Positions 44,625 through 55,208 of a stretch of DNA of 64,000 bases are shown one piece after another. Where the stretch lies: the IMG/VR virus record IMGVR_UViG_3300010429_002123; one strand, written 5' to 3'. The DNA is from a virus. Its lineage: Duplodnaviria > Caudoviricetes. Positions within the stretch are counted from its first letter, which is position 1; the number at the start of each line of letters is the position of its first letter. Position numbers and translations under genes: made by a program. Below the pieces are notes generated by a model, which was given only the letters and a program-made list of their open reading frames with translations, was not told where the DNA came from and made no database searches.

Positions 44625-46073
44625 ATGGCAAATATTCAGTTAGTCGATACAGACCAGTCTACCCTGGTAACAGATGTACCCGGAGGAACAATCAAGGCGG
44701 GAGATGCCCTGATAAAGAAACTGGGTCTAAAAAATAATAAGTCTTCCGGGGGACTCGCCAGCGTAAAAGTAGAGTGCTTTCCCGGCGTAAAAGACAACCA
44801 AGTTGCCCTTCCCATTTCAGGCTTGCAAATAGTAAGAAGAAATCAGGGTGGGGAAATGCAGGTTACCTCAGTGGCCAAAGAGGCACTTACCCTCTCTACT
44901 GCAGTTATGAGAACACTAAGAGAAAAAGTTTACAGAAAGACAACCGGTTCACTTTTTGTAGACTACCCTGACGGCACGCCCATAACAATGCTGAGCACCG
45001 GAGAAACTACTTATTTTGGGTGTAATGAGATTTATTTCAGTTACTTATGTAACGTGACAACAGCCGGTTCTTATACCAGTCTGACCTATGAAATCTCTAG
45101 AGGGTCAGATACATGGCTTGACATAACCTCCTTAGTCACTGATGGGACAAACGCCTTTTCTGTGGCAGGTTCGAACGTCATAACTCTTCCCTCTTCGGTA
45201 GGGACTAGCTGGGCAAAAGACACCATAAACGGACTTACAATGTATTGGCTGAGGATTACGTGTGCTACTTGTACTACTACGGCTATTTTAGGAACAGCCT
45301 CTTACTGGAATCTGGTGTTTCAGTTACCCAAAACCTGTTTGCTCGGCGTGGCTGATAACTTTTATAAGAGAACGACAGCCCCCGCCTTTACTCTCGTGTC
45401 CAGACCAGATAAAGAGTATTCAAACATGGCCAGATTTGCTTATATCACTTCTCCAATTAACGCGGGTGCGGGAGATACTCTTTGTGTAGCTTACACATAT
45501 AAAAACCCTCAGCCAGATAGTTACGTTTTCACTTTCCACCATGCTCAGACTTCTACATGGGTGGCTTCTACCTCATATGCCTCAAACAGTTTGGTCGAGC
45601 CCACTACCTTGAATACTTATTATTATGAAGTTACGGCTGGAGGGGGTGGAAACTCCGGGTCAACTGAACCTACCTGGCCTACTACAGTAGGAAACACAGT
45701 TGTGGACGGAGACCTTACGTGGACTTGCCGACAGGGCACGGGAGTTCCTCTTTTCTGTAAAATTAATAATGAAGTTCCAGCAATAAGTATAGTATGTAAC
45801 GGTTCTCTCAGACATTACTCCGTGTTACCTGGGTGTGAACTGGTTTTTTCTTCTGGAGCACTTGTATCAAATACTGTAACGGTTATTATCTCTAAAGATT
45901 TAGAGTTTTTCTGGCTGTCCCTCGATGGCTCTAGCTGGTCTAATCAAGATTTAACAGTTGGGAACATAGCAGAGGCGGGAACATCGGCTTTCTGGATAAA
46001 AGTGTGTCCTCACATAGGAGAATCTGGGTCGGATAACGAACGTTACATAATTATCTACGCTCGTGAAACTTAA
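44625..46073 (+). CDS. Tail structural protein
   Basis: Thr/Ser-rich beta sequence. GSTEPTWPTTVGNTVVDGDLTWTC is a carbohydrate-binding-like module. Confidence 0.55.
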   Translation: MANIQLVDTDQSTLVTDVPGGTIKAGDALIKKLGLKNNKSSGGLASVKVECFPGVKDNQVALPISGLQIVRRNQGGEMQVTSVAKEALTLSTAVMRTLREKVYRKTTGSLFVDYPDGTPITMLSTGETTYFGCNEIYFSYLCNVTTAGSYTSLTYEISRGSDTWLDITSLVTDGTNAFSVAGSNVITLPSSVGTSWAKDTINGLTMYWLRITCATCTTTAILGTASYWNLVFQLPKTCLLGVADNFYKRTTAPAFTLVSRPDKEYSNMARFAYITSPINAGAGDTLCVAYTYKNPQPDSYVFTFHHAQTSTWVASTSYASNSLVEPTTLNTYYYEVTAGGGGNSGSTEPTWPTTVGNTVVDGDLTWTCRQGTGVPLFCKINNEVPAISIVCNGSLRHYSVLPGCELVFSSGALVSNTVTVIISKDLEFFWLSLDGSSWSNQDLTVGNIAEAGTSAFWIKVCPHIGESGSDNERYIIIYARET

Positions 46074-46088
46074 AAGGAGGGGTAACAC

Positions 46089-47483
46089 GTGGGAGAAGAA
46101 CTTGGTCCAGCTCTTTTTCATTATTCGGTAACAGATTCTTATGATACCGAAATCTCTTTGCCTTTCCATTACAGTATTGTACCCTCCTATGATATGGGGT
46201 ATGCGACCTTTCACTACAGAATAGGAACAGTTCTGTATTCAGGGATGGGTAATGCCCGTTTTCACTATAAAATAAAAGACCCTCTTATAGTAACTTCCCC
46301 GGCACCAGACGGAGGAGCTTTTGAAAGAGTAATCGAATGTTTTCAAGGTACCAACCCTAACACTGTAATAGACGGCGACGGTTATCAGGCAAGGGGAGTG
46401 TTGAAGGCACCACTTCCTGCAGACTATCACGCTTACTTTGCTGTGAAGGTTTTCTTGCAGACCCCGGAGTTGCCAACAAAAGAAATTTTAATACCTCAGA
46501 AAGACATTATCTCTGTAACCTGCAAACTGGAGTTAAACAGAGGAATAATGTGGTCTCTTTCTCTCAAAAATTATGATAGGAAGTATACAGACAGAGACAA
46601 CGCTACTTTTGGGGGGCTCATAACGAAGGGAATGTATTCTTACGCCAGAGAGACAAGAAAGTTTATAAGAATGCAGTTTTGCTGTATCTACGACGGGGTT
46701 CCCACAGTTAAGTATGACTTTCCCCGTCTGGTCATAAAGCAGAAAGAGGGCACAAAAGAAATCACTATCGGCGGGATAGATGAGATAACAGAGTTTCTCT
46801 ACTCACGGTGTGACCTGGAAACCTATTGCGTTGAAGAGAATCTTCTGCCCGTAGAGACTTCTAAAGTGGAGGTCACGACAGATTATGGAACGGACACGTT
46901 TTACACCCGTTGGAGAACAATAAACCTGACATCAAACTGGAACGACCCCACCACAACACAGATTTTGGTTAATTACGCCCCTTATACAGGGGGAAGTTAT
47001 AATTCCACCTCCAGAGAGCTCGCAACAGGGCAGGTAAACACAAACTATCCAGTAACTATGTTAAATCCCATCTCTGTACATAATTTGATAAAAGACTTGT
47101 GCACAAAAACTGTGGACAGACTGCCTGCGGGGGTAACAAAAGAGTATTTCCCTGTGAACCTGGACTTTCCTACCTATATGGTCAAAGCTGACGTGCCTGT
47201 GCAGGGAAAAGAGCCTATAAAAGTCATAGAGGAACTTATAAGCGTTGTTCCGGGAGAGTGGTTTCCTCAAACAATAGGTGACCGTCTGGGACTTGTTATT
47301 CGAAGAAGACCTATAGAAGATGAGTTCCCCTCAGTCGGAAAGTTTGTGTTGAGAGAAAGTACCTTGAAAGAAAAATTATCTATATCCAGTTCAAATGTAG
47401 ACAGAATAAATACTATTAATGTAATTAGACCCTCCGTCGTAAGGACAGCTTACAAGCAGGTAATTACAACAGAAGAAGAATAA
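46089..47483 (+). CDS. Putative tail tip or hub protein
   Basis: Position, N-terminal FHY repeats. Confidence 0.45.
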   Translation: MGEELGPALFHYSVTDSYDTEISLPFHYSIVPSYDMGYATFHYRIGTVLYSGMGNARFHYKIKDPLIVTSPAPDGGAFERVIECFQGTNPNTVIDGDGYQARGVLKAPLPADYHAYFAVKVFLQTPELPTKEILIPQKDIISVTCKLELNRGIMWSLSLKNYDRKYTDRDNATFGGLITKGMYSYARETRKFIRMQFCCIYDGVPTVKYDFPRLVIKQKEGTKEITIGGIDEITEFLYSRCDLETYCVEENLLPVETSKVEVTTDYGTDTFYTRWRTINLTSNWNDPTTTQILVNYAPYTGGSYNSTSRELATGQVNTNYPVTMLNPISVHNLIKDLCTKTVDRLPAGVTKEYFPVNLDFPTYMVKADVPVQGKEPIKVIEELISVVPGEWFPQTIGDRLGLVIRRRPIEDEFPSVGKFVLRESTLKEKLSISSSNVDRINTINVIRPSVVRTAYKQVITTEEE

Positions 47484-47497
47484 GGAGGAGAGTAATA

Positions 47498-48313
47498 ATG
47501 GGAAGTGTTACTGTTACGTCGCCAGACCCCGGAGGACAACTTGGGGTGTTTACAGCATCCACGTCAATAAGTTTTGGAGGAAAAGCCAGGGCAGATTCTG
47601 TAAGGTCAAGAACAGTTTCTACCACACTTAAGGGCGGGAGTGGTAGTGCTGGCACAAAAACAGGACTAAACACAGAATCTGATGGAGTTCAAACCTGTAC
47701 TGGGTGCGTTGTGAACTTTACAGTTTACACACAGGAATCAATGGGTTCTGGGTGGTATTCTTACTCAACCTATGTGCCCTCTTCAGTTACTGTGAGAGTA
47801 GAATGGACAGACTACGTACCTCCTCCTCCTCCTCCCCCTCCTCCCCCGGAGAACGACGGTTCACCCGAAGTTCCGCCCGGAGAAGAGGGAAATTCTCCCG
47901 ATGGCCAAGAAGATTACGGGGAAGAGGCGAAACCCAGAACAACTGAGCAGTGGGTAGAACAACAAGTAATAATGATGAAGGGTATTAACGAAAAGTGTAT
48001 AGACACTTACCATAAAAATGACTTAAAGTTCGGGGAGATAAAGGCTCTTGAGAGTATAGTGTCCCCTTACATACCAGATATAGAATCGGCTCATAGAATG
48101 GGAAAAGTTGCTGTTTACATTTCTTCAAAAAACTTAAATATCTCAGCAAAAGTCCAGCCAATATTCGACGCACAGATAGGCGACTTTGTAAACGTAATAG
48201 CTACAGATTTGTTTCTGGATGTAATAGACAGACTGCAGTCCATAGAACTTTCTGCGTCCGTTTCAGACCAGGCAGTAAGGTGGGGCTTTAACATAAGGGA
48301 AGAGGAAGAGTAA
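47498..48313 (+). CDS. Tail tip protein with poly-Pro linker
   Basis: C-terminal IVSPYI...QIGDFV resembles hub C-termini. Poly-Pro run. Confidence 0.4.
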   Translation: MGSVTVTSPDPGGQLGVFTASTSISFGGKARADSVRSRTVSTTLKGGSGSAGTKTGLNTESDGVQTCTGCVVNFTVYTQESMGSGWYSYSTYVPSSVTVRVEWTDYVPPPPPPPPPPENDGSPEVPPGEEGNSPDGQEDYGEEAKPRTTEQWVEQQVIMMKGINEKCIDTYHKNDLKFGEIKALESIVSPYIPDIESAHRMGKVAVYISSKNLNISAKVQPIFDAQIGDFVNVIATDLFLDVIDRLQSIELSASVSDQAVRWGFNIREEEE

Positions 48314-48855
48314 TGTCTGTTGAAAACCAGGTAGCCATAGTAAATAATCTTGCTGTAGAACAGGTGCACGGGCGGGCAAATATAAAACCTGCTATTGTGG
48401 TTGAACCAAAACCAGGAAATAAATATGATTTACAAATTTCTGGTAACTCTGCTATTGTGCCTGAAGTTCCCAGTGTAGTAACAACTGCTTTTATAAAAGG
48501 AGATGCGGTAATAGTTAAGTGCCCTCTCGGTAGTGAGTGTACACGCCAGATAGTTTCTGCTTCTTCTTTTTCTATACCGGAGGAAACTGTTTTCGAATTT
48601 TCAACAAAACCCAAAGAAAGACCGAGCGTAAAAAAATTCTTGCATGTTTATTATAATAGTTCAGATAATATGTATAGAAAGCATTACATTTCTTATTTTT
48701 CCGTGTATAGTGAGACTCCGATTTTATATTCCTGGTGTGTAGCCCCAGGATTTAAGGGGTCTGACCGTGTGTACGCCCCTTATGGGCACGGAATACGTAA
48801 ATTTGACCTGGCAGGTAATTTAATAGCAGAGAAAAGTTCTTTTCCATTGCCGTAA
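48313..48855 (+). CDS. Tail-tip cassette 1, shared N-terminal domain protein
   Basis: ENQVAIV...YDLQISG...GDAVIVKCPLGSE...EFSTKPKERP shared with 50144 and 52038. Confidence 0.55.
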   Translation: MSVENQVAIVNNLAVEQVHGRANIKPAIVVEPKPGNKYDLQISGNSAIVPEVPSVVTTAFIKGDAVIVKCPLGSECTRQIVSASSFSIPEETVFEFSTKPKERPSVKKFLHVYYNSSDNMYRKHYISYFSVYSETPILYSWCVAPGFKGSDRVYAPYGHGIRKFDLAGNLIAEKSSFPLP

Positions 48856-48865
48856 GAGGTGACAT

Positions 48866-49555
48866 ATGATAACTCCCCCAAGAACTGAATATGAAATAGG
48901 TGAAATTGTAAAACATCCTACGGAAGAGGATAGTGTGATTGCTATTCTCTGGAGCGATTTTTGGTATACTATGCAACCCTATGATTATTCTGAAATAGTG
49001 AAATATGATTTTAGCACAGGCGTTACGGTGAATTTGCTACATTTTTCTAATGCGGTTTTTCAGCCACACGCCTTGCGGTATTTTAATGGGAAGTTGTATA
49101 TTTCAGGAATAAATTATGAGATACCTGGGGGATTAGCTGCGATTCGTATATATGAGACAACTTCGTGGACATTGGTAGATACGCTAAATTTTGATGAGTT
49201 GTGGGTAACCCGGTCTATTGGGGTGGAGAATGATAATACGATATTTGCCTTTGATTCAGTTATAGATAAACTTGGAAGATTAAATATAGTTAGTAAGTGG
49301 GAAAAAAGTGGAAGTTCATGGACAAGAACCCTCTCCTTTTGTATAGACGGAGTAGATTTTTGGGTTGGTAATATGTTTGCTTTAGAGGCGGATAGAAATG
49401 GCTCTGTCTTTGTTTCTGGGGGAAATACCTGGTGGGGAACAGGAAACCGAATTATAAAATATGATTCTGTTACAGGTGAAAATCTGGGGGTAGTTTTTGA
49501 TGACCCTACTGGATACTACAGTACGCCCATTTTCATGCTGTATTGTGAGGAGTAA
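48866..49555 (+). CDS. Cassette 1 beta-propeller-like protein
   Basis: Aromatic beta repeats. Paralog of 50705..51403. Confidence 0.5.
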   Translation: MITPPRTEYEIGEIVKHPTEEDSVIAILWSDFWYTMQPYDYSEIVKYDFSTGVTVNLLHFSNAVFQPHALRYFNGKLYISGINYEIPGGLAAIRIYETTSWTLVDTLNFDELWVTRSIGVENDNTIFAFDSVIDKLGRLNIVSKWEKSGSSWTRTLSFCIDGVDFWVGNMFALEADRNGSVFVSGGNTWWGTGNRIIKYDSVTGENLGVVFDDPTGYYSTPIFMLYCEE

Positions 49556-49560
49556 ATTAT

Positions 49561-50163
49561 ATGAACAATTTAATACTGGGAGACAGTTTTGAGGTAATGA
49601 AGACACTAGAAACGGGGTCTGTTGGTCTTCTTCTCACAGACCCTGATTTTTGGGAAAATACAGAAGAAGTAAAAAAGTTTTCTGTGGAAGTAGATAGACT
49701 TTTACATAAAGAGGGTTCTTTTCTTCTGTGGACACCCCTGTGTTACCTCGATATGTGCAGGAAAAATTTTTGTAATCTTTTCTTGCAGTCCGCCCATTTT
49801 TTGGAAACACAGGACCGTTTTAGAACGAGGGTTGATACAAATTTTGTGGTGTTGAGGTTTGTGAAAACTACCCAAAATAAAGGTGATTTTGGGGAAATGA
49901 TTTCTCTGAACACGCTTCAAAAGCCAACATATCAGTTTCTAATGGCTGAGGATAAATGTCTGGGCTTTTTTACTCTGCTGATTGAAAAGTATCATAACCC
50001 CGATATTGGTTATGTTCTCGACCCATTTTCTGGCGGGGGTTCAACTATGGCTGGAGCTGAAATACTCGGTAGAGAGTATATTTGTATAGAGAAGAGTAAA
50101 GACAAATATGAAAAGTCTCTAAAATTTATGGAACGCATGAAAGGTGTACCCCGTGTCTCTTGA
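49561..50163 (+). CDS. Cassette 1 methyltransferase-fold protein with altered catalytic motif
   Basis: TDPDFW in place of DPPY, with VLDPFSGGGST retained. Confidence 0.65.
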   Translation: MNNLILGDSFEVMKTLETGSVGLLLTDPDFWENTEEVKKFSVEVDRLLHKEGSFLLWTPLCYLDMCRKNFCNLFLQSAHFLETQDRFRTRVDTNFVVLRFVKTTQNKGDFGEMISLNTLQKPTYQFLMAEDKCLGFFTLLIEKYHNPDIGYVLDPFSGGGSTMAGAEILGREYICIEKSKDKYEKSLKFMERMKGVPRVS

Positions 50164-50701
50164 AAATCAGGTAGCGATAGTAAATAAAATGTCCATAGAA
50201 CAGGCTTACGGGAGAACAACTGTTAAGCCTGCTGTCGTAATTGAAGTAAAAAGTGGAAACAGATACGACCTGCAGATTTCGGGAATAAGTGCCATAGTCC
50301 CGGAGGTTCAAAGTGTATTTACAGAAACGACTTTCAAAGTAGGAGACGCTGTCCTGGTAGAATGTCCTCTTGGTAATGAGCACATGAGACAGATAATATC
50401 TCCTTCTGTAGTAAGTATCCCTGAAGAAACTATTTACGAATTTTCGACAAAACCGAAGGAAAGACCTGTAAAAGCCGGAAGTTATATTCATGCTACAATG
50501 GGTAACTGGGGACAAAGGTATACCAAGTTTAATCTTGTTAACAAAACAGTTGTTAATGAGTTTGAAGTAGTTCCCTCACCCACTTTTGTAGCTGTTGGAC
50601 AATCGAATGTGTATTTACAGGTAGAAGGCTCTATAAGGAAATACGACTTGAACGGTAATCTTATAGCAGAGAAGGGTAAATTTTTATTAGTGGAGATTTA
50701 A
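50144..50701 (+). CDS. Tail-tip cassette 2, shared N-terminal domain protein
   Basis: Paralog of 48313..48855. Confidence 0.55.
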   Translation: MYPVSLENQVAIVNKMSIEQAYGRTTVKPAVVIEVKSGNRYDLQISGISAIVPEVQSVFTETTFKVGDAVLVECPLGNEHMRQIISPSVVSIPEETIYEFSTKPKERPVKAGSYIHATMGNWGQRYTKFNLVNKTVVNEFEVVPSPTFVAVGQSNVYLQVEGSIRKYDLNGNLIAEKGKFLLVEI

Positions 50702-50704
50702 TCT

Positions 50705-51403
50705 ATGATTGCACCGGAAAGAACAGAATATGAAACCGGAGATATTTTAAAACATCCTGCAGAAACAGACAGTATAATTATTATTCTTTATAGTGATAAT
50801 TGGAACAATATGCAAAATTATGATTACTCAAAGGTGATAAAGTATAATTTTACAACTGGAGTAAAAGAGGTTATGCTTTATTTTTCTATGACGGAGTTTC
50901 AGCCTCACGCCCTTCGATATTATAATGGTAAACTTTATATATTAGGAATTGATTACGTGGTAGAGGGCGGTAATAGTTCTCTTCGCATTTATGATTTTGA
51001 ATCCCTTGTATTACTTGAAAATATTAACTTGACGGCTTCTTTCCATTTCGGAATGTGGTCATGGAGTTTAGCCGTAGAAAATGATGATACTTTTTATGTT
51101 CTTATAAATTGTACCTACGATGAGTGGGAGCATAGGACATTCGTACAAAAAGTGGAACGTGTGGGAGGAGGGTGGGAGCACACTCTCGGGTTTGCTGTTG
51201 AGGGAGAAGACTTCGCAGCTTTCAATGTATCGTTTGTAGAAGCGGGAAGAGACGGTTATGTGTATGTTTCTCTTGGAGGAAACCTCTTTACTTATGGACA
51301 GATAGCTATGTTTGATTCTGTAACAGGAGAAAGAAAAGGTTATTTGTACGGAGACCCGACCTGGGATACGTGGCCACAACACTTATTATTTACAGACTTT
51401 TAA
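50705..51403 (+). CDS. Cassette 2 beta-propeller-like protein
   Basis: Paralog of 48866..49555 (FQPHALRY.NGKLYI). Confidence 0.5.
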   Translation: MIAPERTEYETGDILKHPAETDSIIIILYSDNWNNMQNYDYSKVIKYNFTTGVKEVMLYFSMTEFQPHALRYYNGKLYILGIDYVVEGGNSSLRIYDFESLVLLENINLTASFHFGMWSWSLAVENDDTFYVLINCTYDEWEHRTFVQKVERVGGGWEHTLGFAVEGEDFAAFNVSFVEAGRDGYVYVSLGGNLFTYGQIAMFDSVTGERKGYLYGDPTWDTWPQHLLFTDF

Positions 51404-51418
51404 CGGAGGACATTAAAA

Positions 51419-52045
51419 ATGGAACTTAATAAGATACTTAATAAAGATAGTTTTAAGGTTATGGGAGAACTCAATCCAGGGTCTGTGGGAACTATAATAG
51501 CTGACCCGGATTTCTGGGCAGATACCGGAAAGCTCGCTGTGTTTTTCAATCTGTCTAAGAAAGTGTTGCATGATGAAGGTTGCTTACTCCTGTGGACACC
51601 TCTCTGTTACGTAGACAGAGGGTTTCGTTTTTGCCAGCAGTATTTTTTCGTAGAAACTATGATTTTTGTTGAAAATCTGATTCATCCAGGCGGTAAAATT
51701 CTTGTAGATAAAAACTTTGTGATTTTGAAACTGGTAAAAAAAGAAATAGCTGTAGGAACTTACGGGGAAAATGTATTACTGAATGTATTCGTAAGTCCTC
51801 GTTATATAAGTATAAAAGCAGAAGACAAGTGTCTTGGGTATTTCTTGTCTCTTATAGAAAAATATCATGACCCTGAGAAAGGATTTATACTTGACCCTTT
51901 TTCCGGCCTGGGTTCTACAGCAACGGCTTCTTCCCTTCTTAAGAAGGATTACTTGGCTGTGGAAATAGATAGAGAACGTTATGAAAGGTCCTTAGAGTTT
52001 ATGAACTCCGTTTTAAAAGGTAATTGTGGGATTCAATATGTCTGA
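51419..52045 (+). CDS. Cassette 2 methyltransferase-fold protein with altered catalytic motif
   Basis: ADPDFW and ILDPFSGLGST. Paralog of 49561..50163. Confidence 0.65.
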   Translation: MELNKILNKDSFKVMGELNPGSVGTIIADPDFWADTGKLAVFFNLSKKVLHDEGCLLLWTPLCYVDRGFRFCQQYFFVETMIFVENLIHPGGKILVDKNFVILKLVKKEIAVGTYGENVLLNVFVSPRYISIKAEDKCLGYFLSLIEKYHDPEKGFILDPFSGLGSTATASSLLKKDYLAVEIDRERYERSLEFMNSVLKGNCGIQYV

Positions 52046-53252
52046 AGAAAATCAAGTAGCAATAACAAATAAGTTAATTATAGAGCAGGCTTATGGGAGG
52101 ACAGACTCAAAACCGGGAATAGTGATAGTTGTTAAACCGGGTAATAAATATGACCTTCAGATTTCCGGTATAACAGCTATTGTTCCCGAAGTACCCAGTG
52201 TTTACCCAAACTATGTCTTTAAAGTGGGGGACGCTGTAATTGTAGAGTGCCCCCTCGGAAGTGAGCACATGAGACAAATAGTAGCACCTTCTACTTTTGC
52301 TATACCAGAAGAAAGTATCTATGAGTTCTCAACGAAACCGAAGGAGAGACCAAAAGCCGGAGTTTCTATAGTAATTAGAAGCGGTTATAATTTTTATATT
52401 CATACGCTTGACCTTGAAGAGGGAGTTCCTCCTGTAGTGTATGATACCCCCGGAGTGGGTGATATGTGTATAGATACCCTCGGACACTGTCTTATACCTG
52501 ATTGGAATCAGTTATACAGGTATACAATAGAGACCGGGTTAACAGACAGTATAGAACTTGATGAAGGATATTTTTCCTCCTGTTGTATGAACAAGGCTAA
52601 CAATAATATGTATTTTCATAACGACCATTACTGGATGTATGGTTCAATTTTCAGAGTGACTCCAGAAATGTCCGTTCTCACTTTTATTTCGTCCCTTACT
52701 GTTCCTTTGGACAGTATTCAGTTCATAGCCTCTGATGGTACCTATACCTATGTATTCGGGTATGTGTGGATTTCAGAGCCCTATACCAGTTATTATAAAA
52801 ACATTATACAGGTGTATAACTATGATGGGACTTTTCATTCCTCATATTTCTGGCTGGAGGGAGAACCTTCATTTAATACAATGAAGATTTTTGGGGGAGA
52901 ACCCGGAGAAGTTTATAATATATTTTATAGTGACCAGACGTGGGAAGGTGCTAACTATACTATTCAAAAGTATTTAGTGTCCGATTTTTCAGAACCTGTG
53001 TTGTCTTTCAGTCTTGGCCATATGCACGTAGTACAGGACGTTGTCTATTATGATAATAACATATACGTGATAGAAGATTATGCAGAGGGAGATTGTGTTC
53101 CCCACGTATGGAAACTGGCTAAGTATTCTGCCAGTGGTTCTTTAATAAAAAGAGTAGACTTATCTGAGTTAAACGAGTGGAATAGTGCTGTTTTCATAGA
53201 TTACACGAATAAAACATTTATAGAGGACGGTGGGGGAGGAGGCATACCTTAA
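52038..53252 (+). CDS. Tail-tip cassette 3, shared N-terminal domain fused to a different beta-propeller-like region
   Basis: Same N-terminal ~105 aa, then ~300 aa of aromatic beta repeats. Confidence 0.55.
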   Translation: MSEENQVAITNKLIIEQAYGRTDSKPGIVIVVKPGNKYDLQISGITAIVPEVPSVYPNYVFKVGDAVIVECPLGSEHMRQIVAPSTFAIPEESIYEFSTKPKERPKAGVSIVIRSGYNFYIHTLDLEEGVPPVVYDTPGVGDMCIDTLGHCLIPDWNQLYRYTIETGLTDSIELDEGYFSSCCMNKANNNMYFHNDHYWMYGSIFRVTPEMSVLTFISSLTVPLDSIQFIASDGTYTYVFGYVWISEPYTSYYKNIIQVYNYDGTFHSSYFWLEGEPSFNTMKIFGGEPGEVYNIFYSDQTWEGANYTIQKYLVSDFSEPVLSFSLGHMHVVQDVVYYDNNIYVIEDYAEGDCVPHVWKLAKYSASGSLIKRVDLSELNEWNSAVFIDYTNKTFIEDGGGGGIP

Positions 53253-54077
53253 ATGGGGTTATCAAGAGAGTTTACTGAGTTAATAACAAAAAATAAAGTT
53301 CTTTATGCCTGCAGAGACTGTGGGTGTTGCTACGGTCTTTTAACACGGGGAAAGGTTTTGAAAGAGGTCTTTCCCGAACTTGTTTTAAGAACCTTTAAAG
53401 AGCACACTTTTCAGATAGAACAAATTCTCGGAGATGAAGCTAAAGACATAGAGGTAATTATTCATGACTTTTTAATAAATAGGGCGTTATTTTTATATGG
53501 ACTAAAAAGAGGGTTGCCTCAGTATTTTCTTACCATGACCAATCAAGAAGTCTTTTCCGGGATAAAAAAAGTTATACTTCCTTACCCGGAAGAGGTGTCA
53601 CCTGAATATACTAAAATAAAGCAAGAAAAAATGTTCGCCGGTTTGATATGTGACGATGTGGTAGAGGAAGCAAACATAACGAAGATAAAAGAAAAATATA
53701 ATCTCTCTAATCTGACTGACAAACCCCTCCTGGTAGTAACAGTCAGCTCGGGATTTCCTAGACAGGCCGAAGGGGTGTTTTCCTACGTAAACGAAGAGTT
53801 CTCTACGGAGGACTATCAAATTGTTTTTATATACGGGAAAAATTATTCGGGAAAGCTCTTTGATAATGTAATTACCACTTACTATGAAGAAAATATTATA
53901 GAGTTGTTTTCCCTGGCACATACAGTAGTGTGTATGGGAGGTTATAACACTCTCGCAGAGTGTGTTTCCCTTAAAGTTCCAAGAATAATAATAATTCCAA
54001 AGGCTAATTGTTATGCGGACGAAGAATCGGATAAGTTTGCCCGATATTACTCGGGAATAACCATAAAAACTTTATAA
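53253..54077 (+). CDS. GT-B glycosyltransferase-like protein (family 28 C-terminal-like)
   Basis: VVTVSSG and HTVVCMGGYNTLAE...IIIP. Confidence 0.6.
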   Translation: MGLSREFTELITKNKVLYACRDCGCCYGLLTRGKVLKEVFPELVLRTFKEHTFQIEQILGDEAKDIEVIIHDFLINRALFLYGLKRGLPQYFLTMTNQEVFSGIKKVILPYPEEVSPEYTKIKQEKMFAGLICDDVVEEANITKIKEKYNLSNLTDKPLLVVTVSSGFPRQAEGVFSYVNEEFSTEDYQIVFIYGKNYSGKLFDNVITTYYEENIIELFSLAHTVVCMGGYNTLAECVSLKVPRIIIIPKANCYADEESDKFARYYSGITIKTL

Positions 54078-54095
54078 ATTTAAGGAGGTAGTTTA

Positions 54096-55208
54096 ATGTC
54101 AAACGAACAGGACGTAAATGTCCATATTCCCCAGGAGGTAATTAACAAACTGAATGACGAGAAGTTTGTAGACAGACTTTTGTCTCACGAGGAGAAAAGC
54201 AAGGAGTTCAAGTTAATATGGTGGAACAGTGTTATCATCCCCGTAGTGCTGGCTCTAATCTCTTTTGCAGGAATAGGGCTTGGTTTATGGTCTTCTCACA
54301 AAACTACTCTACTCAGTAAAGAAGTGCAGAGAATCGAAAGAAATTCTGACGTTGTGAAAACCATAACCACCACTATTATGAACTCTTCAAGTAAGTTGTC
54401 CGGTAAGGACGAGAACGTAGCACTATTACACTATATAGCTTTGTATGAGATGGTTGGGGGTCTGTGCTCTTCAGACAGCACCTCTGACGGCCAGAAAAAA
54501 CACCTGATGTCGAGCGTGATAAGAATGGGAGCAGTAATTGACAAAAAAGGTATATGGGAGTATTTACTCGAAAAGTCAAACACAGACAGGGGAAACTTCT
54601 CTTACGAGGACATTGAGTTTATAAAAACCTACGCAGAAAAGCACTTAACGGACGAAATGAAAGGGAAAAACGAAGAAAAATTTAACACGGCTATAAAAGT
54701 CGCTGAAAAAACTAACCCCATGATAAAATTTATTCAGGAAAATCCCGTCACGAGTGTTAAAGAAGAAGCCTTTCGAACAGGCTGGATTTATATAGGTCCC
54801 ATTGACACAACAAGTCCTATTTACAAAACTTTACCTGAGGAAGACGCTGAATTAACCAGCAAATTACAGGGAAGGAAAGACCTGCCTCTTGAGGCGGAGA
54901 GAAAGACCATTGACAGTAAGTATTCGCCAACTAAAGGGGAAAAAGTAAAAGCTATAACCGACATTTATTTCAGGTCTTCAGAGCCTATTCAGGCGGGAAA
55001 AAGCAGAGTACTTGGTCCCGTGGTATTTCCTGTGGTAAAAACCGGAGAAGTTGGGGAGGTGTTAGAGACTCGTTACTATAAGTTGAGTAAAGAGCGGGGA
55101 GGGTTATTGGTTGTGTGGAGTAAGGTAACTTTGAAGGTTTCAAAAACCCCACCCCCGTCTGAAGGTAAGTTTCTTCAGCCTCTAAAAGATAAATCTGTAA
55201 CAAAATGA
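54096..55208 (+). CDS. Membrane-anchored hypothetical protein
   Basis: One hydrophobic helix VIIPVVLALISFAGIGLGLW. Confidence 0.55.
   Translation: MSNEQDVNVHIPQEVINKLNDEKFVDRLLSHEEKSKEFKLIWWNSVIIPVVLALISFAGIGLGLWSSHKTTLLSKEVQRIERNSDVVKTITTTIMNSSSKLSGKDENVALLHYIALYEMVGGLCSSDSTSDGQKKHLMSSVIRMGAVIDKKGIWEYLLEKSNTDRGNFSYEDIEFIKTYAEKHLTDEMKGKNEEKFNTAIKVAEKTNPMIKFIQENPVTSVKEEAFRTGWIYIGPIDTTSPIYKTLPEEDAELTSKLQGRKDLPLEAERKTIDSKYSPTKGEKVKAITDIYFRSSEPIQAGKSRVLGPVVFPVVKTGEVGEVLETRYYKLSKERGGLLVVWSKVTLKVSKTPPPSEGKFLQPLKDKSVTK

Noticed and set aside
48313-53252. Diversity-generating retroelement or invertase shufflon acting on the tail cassettes
   Set aside because: No reverse transcriptase, recombinase, adenine-specific TR/VR pair or inverted cassettes are visible.
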